From Patescibacteria group bacterium (GTDB taxonomy: Bacteria; Patescibacteriota; Minisyncoccia; Phycocordibacterales; Phycocordibacteraceae): a stretch of 41,935 bases of DNA. Positions within the stretch are counted from its first letter, which is position 1. Each line of letters starts with the position of its first letter. Location of the stretch: positions 8,635 through 50,569 of the forward strand of contig JAZKAU010000002.1 in NCBI GenBank assembly GCA_040388985.1, read 5' to 3'. The notes below the pieces were generated by a model, which ran no database searches, had not been told where the DNA came from, and worked only from the letters and a program-made list of their open reading frames with translations. The position numbers and the translations under genes were made by a program. Shown here one piece after another: positions 35,764-41,935 of this stretch.

Positions 35764-36339
35764 TTATTTCTTAGACGGCTTCTTCTTTGCAGCGCTGCTT
35801 CGCTTCGGAACGAAGTGCTTGGAGTTCTTGCCGTCGTAGCGGCCGATCTTCTTATAGTCCTGGCTCGTCGGACTCGTGAGCTTCGCGAACATGAGCTGCG
35901 CTACCTCCATGCCAGGGCGCAAGATGAGCGGCACGTTATTGGTGTTCACGAGCTCGAATGTCGGGTAGAAATGATGGCCCGGATTGAAGAGCATCGCGGT
36001 GTTGTGTACGACGAGGCCGGCGCGTGCGAGCGAACTCTTACCCGACAGCAGGATGAGATGCTCATTGTCGACACCGATGAACTCTCGCTGCTTCCCGAGC
36101 ACGCTCTCGCCCGGATGGAGGATGAATGGTTCTCCGTCCTTGACCGTAACGGTCCGAGTCTTCGGATACACCTTATTAGAAGGGTCGATGACTGATGTCA
36201 TGTGACGATCAGTCACGTCGAACTCGTTTCCGAGCGTGACGTCGTAGCTTGCTACTTGCAGCTGCTTCGCATGGAACGGGCGTATGACGATCGAACCGTT
36301 CGCAAGCGCTTTCTTGATATCGTTGTCAGAAAGGAACAT
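35764..36339 (-). CDS. dcd: dCTP deaminase
   Basis: LSDNDI, Q.ASYDVTLG, LHPGE, GKSSLARAGL, FELVN. Confidence 0.9.
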   Translation of the reverse strand: MFLSDNDIKKALANGSIVIRPFHAKQLQVASYDVTLGNEFDVTDRHMTSVIDPSNKVYPKTRTVTVKDGEPFILHPGESVLGKQREFIGVDNEHLILLSGKSSLARAGLVVHNTAMLFNPGHHFYPTFELVNTNNVPLILRPGMEVAQLMFAKLTSPTSQDYKKIGRYDGKNSKHFVPKRSSAAKKKPSKK

Positions 36340-36345
36340 AAGGAT

Positions 36346-37026
36346 TTATTGAATGGTAAATACGCTCTCCGTACCGTAGTACTCCGGCCAGTGCTCGTTA
36401 TAATACGCGAACATCCGCTCGAGCCTATCCTGCGGGAGCTCGCTCGCGCCGACCTGATCCATAAAGGCGAGCACTTCGGCCTTCGCGTCCTCGAGCGAGC
36501 TCGCATCATCCACGACTTTCTCGAACTCAGCCAGGTATCCGTACCCTGCGTTCTTGTCGAGACAGACGGTAACCGGCCCCCCTTCGAACGTCTGCCGCAT
36601 CCGCGACCACTTCGCCTGATACGTGTATCCAGCTGCCAGGATGCGTGCATCAAGATCACCTAGCGAGATGCCCGGCACTTCTACATCGAGCTCCGCGCGA
36701 ACCACGCCGTTAGAACTCGAATCGTCTCCGAGCGACGCTTTCATCACGAACCGGACTACGCCGTTAACTTCGCGGGTACGTACTGAGACCTTTGTTCCGC
36801 GCTTCACGATCAGCTGGAATTTCTCCTGATCTTCCGCACAGAGGTACGGTGCCAGATTCTCCTCGAGTCTCGCGAGTTCCCCTCCTTCAAAATAGTGATT
36901 GAGCTGCGTTTCCTTGGTTGCCGTGCTTGAGACACCCGCAGCCTTGAGCGCCTCCTTGAAACGCTCCGCAGCAAGAGCATCGCCCAGCAGGCTCTTTACT
37001 TCTATCTCGTACTGCTCCGTCGACAT
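36346..37026 (-). CDS. CYTH-domain (triphosphate tunnel metalloenzyme) protein
   Basis: EIEVK (ExExK), QLNHYF, SVRTR, KWSR.R, LDKNAGYGYLAEFE. Confidence 0.85.
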   Translation of the reverse strand: MSTEQYEIEVKSLLGDALAAERFKEALKAAGVSSTATKETQLNHYFEGGELARLEENLAPYLCAEDQEKFQLIVKRGTKVSVRTREVNGVVRFVMKASLGDDSSSNGVVRAELDVEVPGISLGDLDARILAAGYTYQAKWSRMRQTFEGGPVTVCLDKNAGYGYLAEFEKVVDDASSLEDAKAEVLAFMDQVGASELPQDRLERMFAYYNEHWPEYYGTESVFTIQ

Positions 37027-37070
37027 TGCTGCTAGTATACTATACGAACATATCCCGCCTATTTGTTGAC

Positions 37071-37589
37071 ATGGAACCTAAGAATAGCCGCATTTCACTC
37101 ATCGCTGCCCTTTCGAGCACTACCCGCGCCATCGGTCGGGGCGGTCGGCTGTTATGGGATATTCCGGAGGACATGGCACGATTCAAGAAGCTTACGAGCG
37201 GACATCCGGTCATCATGGGTCGCAAGACCTGGGAATCGCTTCCGCCGCGATTCCGGCCGCTGCCGGGACGCACGAATATCGTCGTATCTCGTATCGAAGA
37301 CTACTTTCTTGAAGGCGCGCTCCTCGCGCACTCCCTTCCTGCGGCTATAGCGCTCGCAAAGATAGCGCCAGGAGGAGAAGAGGTCTTCGTCATCGGCGGA
37401 GGCGAGATATATCGGGACGCTCTTCCCCATGCCGACAGGCTGTACCTGACCCTCATCGAGGATGATCGGGACGGAGACACGTATTTCCCCGAGTATGCGC
37501 ATGCCTTCGGAAAGGTCCTCTTCCGCGAATCGCACACTGTGGACCGGCTCAAGTATTCCTTCGTAACGTTCGAGCGTGGCTCCGCATGA
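37071..37589 (+). CDS. folA: Dihydrofolate reductase
   Basis: IG....LLWDIPEDMARFK, IMGRKTWESL, PLPGRTNIV, IGGGEIY, GDTYFP. Confidence 0.97.
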   Translation: MEPKNSRISLIAALSSTTRAIGRGGRLLWDIPEDMARFKKLTSGHPVIMGRKTWESLPPRFRPLPGRTNIVVSRIEDYFLEGALLAHSLPAAIALAKIAPGGEEVFVIGGGEIYRDALPHADRLYLTLIEDDRDGDTYFPEYAHAFGKVLFRESHTVDRLKYSFVTFERGSA

Positions 37590-38149
37590 ATGTCGCGATC
37601 ATAAATAACGGCACCAAGGAGCCGGAGAAACTTCTGGCGCTCCTTGCGGGCGATATTATCGAGATGTTCGCGCCGGAGCGCGTAGCTGACGCGCTTGCCG
37701 GACCACACGACCTTGTCGTTCTCTCGGGGAGCAGCCATATGAGCGTCATGCATAATCTGGATACACTCGCTCCCGAACTCGCACTCATACGCGAGTGTAC
37801 GTCGCCGCTTCTGGGCATCTGCTTCGGGGCTGAACTCCTGACGGTGGCTTACAGTGGGACGCTTCGCGACTCAGGGCACAAAGAAAAAGGTATCTATGAG
37901 ATATTCGTCGAAGGGGATGCTCCGCTATTTGCAGGGCGCAGCGCCTTCGAGGCATACGAAGGACATCGCTGGGCAATCGATGCCGTGCCGCCCGAGCTCG
38001 AAGTACTCGCCTTCTCGGCCATGGGCCCTGAAGTCATCCGGCATCGGACTAAGCCACAGTACGGGTTCCAGTTCCATCCTGAGAAGATGTGCGATCTGAC
38101 CTACGGAGACGAACTCTTCCGTTCATTCCTCAAAGAAGTAGGTCTCTAG
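37586..38149 (+). CDS. Stand-alone class I glutamine amidotransferase-like hydrolase
   Basis: GICFG nucleophile elbow, QFHPE His-Glu; ATGA overlap with folA. Confidence 0.85.
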   Translation: MNVAIINNGTKEPEKLLALLAGDIIEMFAPERVADALAGPHDLVVLSGSSHMSVMHNLDTLAPELALIRECTSPLLGICFGAELLTVAYSGTLRDSGHKEKGIYEIFVEGDAPLFAGRSAFEAYEGHRWAIDAVPPELEVLAFSAMGPEVIRHRTKPQYGFQFHPEKMCDLTYGDELFRSFLKEVGL

Positions 38150-38880
38150 TGCCCTTTCTTCCAAGGAAGATTCCGCAGGAACGGAGCGAAGATATCTTCC
38201 TCCATGCCGAATTCGAACGTATTGAATTGTTGTTTCCGTCCTGTCTGCGATTCTCTCACGTACGGCACATTACGCATGCGCACGAGCGGCGTGCCTTCGT
38301 TCGCCTCGCCCATGCAGAACACCGCACTCGCCGCGAGCGAGTCCGGCACGTTCGTCTGGCTGCCGCCGTTCGGGAAGCCGAGCAGATCCTTCTGAACTCG
38401 ATTATCGTAGACCGGTTCGAATCCGGCCCAGACGACTGCCATGCCGATGACACCACGCCTGAGGAAGACGCTCCTCGAATCCGTGAGAACCAGGTACAGA
38501 TTCTCCTTCTCGTATGTCTTCTTGAACCAGGCGAGGAGATCCTCGGCCGTCTTTTTCGGATCTTCCGGCCACAGCACACAGTAACCCGCGAATGGATCGA
38601 TGCCTGCGTTCGCCATGAGCATGCCGCCCGTTATCGTATGCATGACGAATCCGCCCGGCGTCTCGCTGCGTTCAAGGTACAGATCCGCTTCGCTCGCGAT
38701 AAGCGTATCGAGATCGTTCCCTTCCTTAGGAACGCACCGTCCTTGGCCGATGCTTACTACCTTCGTTGAGAGCGCGATGACGTCATGTTCTTCTAGGGTA
38801 AGCGCGGACGCGCGAATCTTTGCGAGCAGATCGTCCTTGGGAGGTACCAAGGTATCGATATGGAACGGCGTTATCTCCAT
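38146..38880 (-). CDS. CofE-like (F420-0:gamma-glutamyl ligase family) protein, copy 1
   Basis: DVIALSTKVVSIGQGR, ANAGID, LTDS, DLLG, NVPDSLAA...MGEANEGTP. Confidence 0.85.
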   Translation of the reverse strand: MEITPFHIDTLVPPKDDLLAKIRASALTLEEHDVIALSTKVVSIGQGRCVPKEGNDLDTLIASEADLYLERSETPGGFVMHTITGGMLMANAGIDPFAGYCVLWPEDPKKTAEDLLAWFKKTYEKENLYLVLTDSRSVFLRRGVIGMAVVWAGFEPVYDNRVQKDLLGFPNGGSQTNVPDSLAASAVFCMGEANEGTPLVRMRNVPYVRESQTGRKQQFNTFEFGMEEDIFAPFLRNLPWKKGH

Positions 38881-38949
38881 GCACTGATTCTACGCGGCTT
38901 CCGTAAAAACGCATTCTGAGCGACTCTGGCGCACGATATACTGAGCAGC

Positions 38950-39594
38950 ATGCCTCACGCGCTTTCGGAACGAGACCTTAGACGTATCTTGGTAGCACTT
39001 GCTATCTATCTCACGTCCCTGCTTGCGGCCAACACGCTCGGACTCAAGATCATGCCCTTTGTGTTCGGCTCTCATATCTCGGTGGGAGTGCTATCTTTCC
39101 CGGTCGTATTCCTCATGACCGACGTTATCGGGGAGGTATACGGTAAGCGCATGTCTAAACTCTTCGTGCTCGCGGGATTCGTCTCTACCGCCCTCTTTCT
39201 CGCGTATTCCCTTCTCTCGCTCTGGCTGCCGTGGGCGCGCGAAGGATTATGGGCGCAAGCCGGATACGATCAGATATTCGGCGTATCAACGCGCATTGCA
39301 CTCGCATCGCTCGCGGCTTTCGCGATAGCGGAGTACCAGGACGTGCTCTCATTCTTCTTCCTGAAAGCTCGGTTCGGGGAACGACTATTCTGGCTACGCG
39401 CGCTGCTGTCGAGCTTGTGGTCGCAGCTCCTGGATTCCATCATCTTCATGCTTATCGCCTTCCTCGGTGTCTATGATACGCACACTCTCCTTGTCCTTAT
39501 CGTTACCTGGTGGTTATTCAAGGTCGCTATGGGTTTCATATACACGCCACTCTGTTACCTGGGCATCCACATCCTGAAGCAGGGATCGGATTAG
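38950..39594 (+). CDS. VUT/YhhQ family vitamin or queuosine-precursor transporter
   Basis: AN..GLK, FP..FL.TDVIGEVYG, RIALASL.AF, W.R...SS..SQ.LDS.IF..IAF.G. Confidence 0.9.
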   Translation: MPHALSERDLRRILVALAIYLTSLLAANTLGLKIMPFVFGSHISVGVLSFPVVFLMTDVIGEVYGKRMSKLFVLAGFVSTALFLAYSLLSLWLPWAREGLWAQAGYDQIFGVSTRIALASLAAFAIAEYQDVLSFFFLKARFGERLFWLRALLSSLWSQLLDSIIFMLIAFLGVYDTHTLLVLIVTWWLFKVAMGFIYTPLCYLGIHILKQGSD

Positions 39595-39620
39595 AATCTT
39601 GCGATTGCTATACTCCTTCT

Positions 39621-40403
39621 ATGGAACTTATTCCCCTGAAGACAAGGAGACTCGAGCCGCCTCAGGATGACCTCTTCGGAGTCCTCGACTCTGTTCTGCC
39701 GAGGCTTCAAGAAGGAGACGTAATCGCCATCGCGTCCAAGGCGGTTGCGATACACGAAGGACGATGCGTTCCGGCTACGGACGAAGAAGGGCGACAGCGG
39801 CTCATACGGCAAGAGAGCGATTCGATCATCCCCACCTCGACGCCCGGAGCGTGGGACCTGACCGTAAAGAACGACATGGTCTCCTTCGCGGGTGGAATCG
39901 ACGAAAGCAATGCCGGGGGCTTCATCATCCTCCTTCCGGAACATCCGAATGAGTCGGCGGTGCGCATACGGGATTACCTTCGCGAGAAGCACGGCCTGGA
40001 ACGTCTCGGTGTCGTCATAACGGACTCAAGTGCCCTTCCATTCCGGCAGGGAGTCATCGCACTTTCTATAGGGCATGCGGGGTTCGTTCCCGTGAATGAT
40101 CGGACGGGAACTCTCGATCTGTTCGGAAGAGCCTTCAAGTATACGTATATAAATGTCGCCGACGGCCTAGCCGTTTCCGCCGGATTCGTCATGGGCGAGA
40201 CGGACGAGTCGACGCCTATATGCATCATTCGTAACGCACCCTTTATTGAATTCACGAACGAAGACCGCTCAGACACGCTACGCATACGTCCTGAAGACGA
40301 CGTGTTCTATCCCCTCTTCAAAGATAGGGACGCGCAAGGGAATCTCCCTACAGGCACTTCTTGCATACGTTGCGAACACGGTACGGGAAGTCGAGACATC
40401 TGA
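39621..40403 (+). CDS. CofE-like gamma-glutamyl ligase, copy 2
   Basis: GDVIAIASKAVAIHEGR, GGIDESN, VITDS..PFR.G, DLFGR, NVADGLA...MGETDESTP. Confidence 0.87.
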   Translation: MELIPLKTRRLEPPQDDLFGVLDSVLPRLQEGDVIAIASKAVAIHEGRCVPATDEEGRQRLIRQESDSIIPTSTPGAWDLTVKNDMVSFAGGIDESNAGGFIILLPEHPNESAVRIRDYLREKHGLERLGVVITDSSALPFRQGVIALSIGHAGFVPVNDRTGTLDLFGRAFKYTYINVADGLAVSAGFVMGETDESTPICIIRNAPFIEFTNEDRSDTLRIRPEDDVFYPLFKDRDAQGNLPTGTSCIRCEHGTGSRDI

Positions 40404-40470
40404 ATGGGGGCCCTATCGGAACTCACGAACCTTTATTCATAGGTGATCTGTGTCCAATCGAGAGACTCAC

Positions 40471-41190
40471 TCATACTCTGGGAATCATTCTATCAAGCCT
40501 GTCTATGATGTTCTGGGCAATTTCTAGGCCCTCGGGCGTCGCGATTTCGCCGGCCTTCTCACGCACCCTTCCAACTACGGCTAACAGTATCTCTTCAGTC
40601 AGGTGATTTATTCGCAAAAAAGCACTCTTTTGCGCGAAAAAATCCTTATCGCCCCATCCCAGTAGCAAGTCCTTCCGTTCATGGAGTCTCTTCTTTATTT
40701 CCGGAAGTTCAAACGCGTCTTTGATTGCTCTAAGAAGTTCGCGCAATACATTTTCTTTGCTAGGAGAAAGGCTCTTGAGCACATTTTCAATACCTTGCAC
40801 TATCTCAGGAGTTGCCCAGGCGCCTTCCGGATCGTATGAGCCAACTCTATATGTAGTACCCAGCATGCCGAGCGCTGCCTCTAAGAAATTCAATATTTGA
40901 ACATATCCTGCGCGTTCAATATTACGCACCTCGCTTGTCGTAAGCTGGTACCCTATACCGTGATGTGTGTGCTGTGCCTGTGCCTTTCTCGTACGAGTAT
41001 CGAGTGTGCCGTTGGCAGGGATAGGCTTGATGAGGTCTCTGATGGCTTGTCTCACGTCCGCTTGTTCGAAACAATGTGCAGCAGTGAGTAAGGAAATACC
41101 AACTGCAGTCTGTGGCATGCGGACATTCCCCTCAAGCGATTGCCGCTCCCGGCTAGCGGAAGAAGGTATCCCAAAAGATTTTTCTGACAT
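40471..41190 (-). CDS. Hypothetical protein (low GC)
   Basis: 239-aa ORF preceded by TGcTATACT; no recognised motifs. Confidence 0.6.
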   Translation of the reverse strand: MSEKSFGIPSSASRERQSLEGNVRMPQTAVGISLLTAAHCFEQADVRQAIRDLIKPIPANGTLDTRTRKAQAQHTHHGIGYQLTTSEVRNIERAGYVQILNFLEAALGMLGTTYRVGSYDPEGAWATPEIVQGIENVLKSLSPSKENVLRELLRAIKDAFELPEIKKRLHERKDLLLGWGDKDFFAQKSAFLRINHLTEEILLAVVGRVREKAGEIATPEGLEIAQNIIDRLDRMIPRV

Positions 41191-41199
41191 GGAGCAAGT

Positions 41200-41236
41200 A
41201 TAGCAAAAGACGGGCCACGGGCCCGTCTTTTGCTAT
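41200..41236 (-). terminator. rplK terminator
   Basis: atagcaaaagacgggcc-acg-ggcccgtcttttgctat. Confidence 0.8.
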
Positions 41237-41253
41237 GTGGGGTATGTCTGAGA

Positions 41254-41673
41254 TTATTTCACTTCCACGCCCATCGAACGTGCGGTGCCTTCTACCATCC
41301 GCTCTGCAGCTTCGATGCTCCCTGCATTGAGGTCAGGCATCTTGGTCTCTGCGATCTCGCGGACCTGCGCCTTGGTGAGACTGCCAGCTTTCTTGGACCC
41401 CGTCTTGCCTGAACCCTTATCGATACCGAGCGCCTTGAGGATAAGACGAGGCATCGGGGAGACCTTGAGGACGAAGGTGAAGGTGCGGTCGTCATAGACG
41501 GTCATGTCGACCGGAATGATGACGCCTGGCATGTGCTTGGTCTGCTCGTTGAACTTGTTGACGAAGTCGCCGATGTTCACGCCCGCAGGACCGAGGACCG
41601 TACCCACCGGAGGGGCCGGGGTCGCCTTACCGCCTGGAATCTGGAGTTTTATCTTCTTTACTACTTTAGCCAT
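41254..41673 (-). CDS. rplK: 50S ribosomal protein L11
   Basis: [38 protein letters not shown]. Confidence 0.98.
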   Translation of the reverse strand: MAKVVKKIKLQIPGGKATPAPPVGTVLGPAGVNIGDFVNKFNEQTKHMPGVIIPVDMTVYDDRTFTFVLKVSPMPRLILKALGIDKGSGKTGSKKAGSLTKAQVREIAETKMPDLNAGSIEAAERMVEGTARSMGVEVK

Positions 41674-41823
41674 GTTGTTGGAATGTATCTTAAATAATCG
41701 ATTGGGTCAATTTTTTCCTTTTTGAATTAGAATTTCCTCGTCTGCGAAGCGCAGCTGTAAGGCTCGAGGACTCGCCAACAGCTTGCTATCTCGACATAAG
41801 AAAGCTTGGAACTCGAGGACTCG

Positions 41824-41935
41824 TTAAAGCTTTCTAATCTGCAAAAAGTCGAGTTCGACCGGCGTCTCGCGTCCGAACATGGCGACCATGACCTTCACCT
41901 TGCCGCGCTCCTCGTCGATCTCGCCGATCTTCCCT
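41824..41935 (-). CDS. nusG: NusG, C-terminal fragment (runs off the window)
   Basis: Manual translation GKIGEIDEERGKVKVMVAMFGRETPVELDFLQIRKL*; lies upstream of rplK. Confidence 0.95.
   Translation of the reverse strand, partial: GKIGEIDEERGKVKVMVAMFGRETPVELDFLQIRKL

Noticed and set aside
38146-40403. Coenzyme F420 biosynthesis
   Set aside because: No cofC/cofD/fbiC-type genes in the window; the context is folate and thymidylate metabolism

Overview
The window looks like chromosomal DNA of a Candidate Phyla Radiation (Patescibacteria, Parcubacteria-like) bacterium; this is inferred from gene content and style, with standard code and roughly 55-60% GC. From left to right it holds two tandem S-layer-like secreted proteins, a four-helix-bundle/DeoR-HTH gene, ftsK, recA, an ECF sigma pair, efp, rpsR-ssb-rpsF, tatD, four aminoacyl-tRNA synthetases (metG, glyQS, ileS, argS), recO, a thymidylate/folate cluster (glyA, tmk, thyA, dcd, CYTH, folA, class I GATase, two CofE-like gamma-glutamyl ligases, a VUT/YhhQ transporter), rplK and the 3' end of nusG. 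Single orphan genes with their own SD and terminator are interspersed. Best leads: (1) a ~400-nt multi-stem RNA with three GNRA tetraloops and a boxA-like motif leading the larger surface-protein gene; (2) a putative folate-salvage/dTMP module in which a CYTH enzyme may replace dUTPase and a VUT transporter, GATase and two CofE-like ligases may import and re-glutamylate folate; (3) two families of intergenic long-hairpin elements showing covariation; (4) an IleRS with an inserted histidine-phosphatase domain, an HSGS signature and a low-GC patch; (5) helically phased TGTCY repeats inside and upstream of the DeoR-like gene; (6) pervasive leaderless promoters. No rRNA, tRNA, CRISPR array or transposase was seen. 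All calls are by eye; no database search was run.
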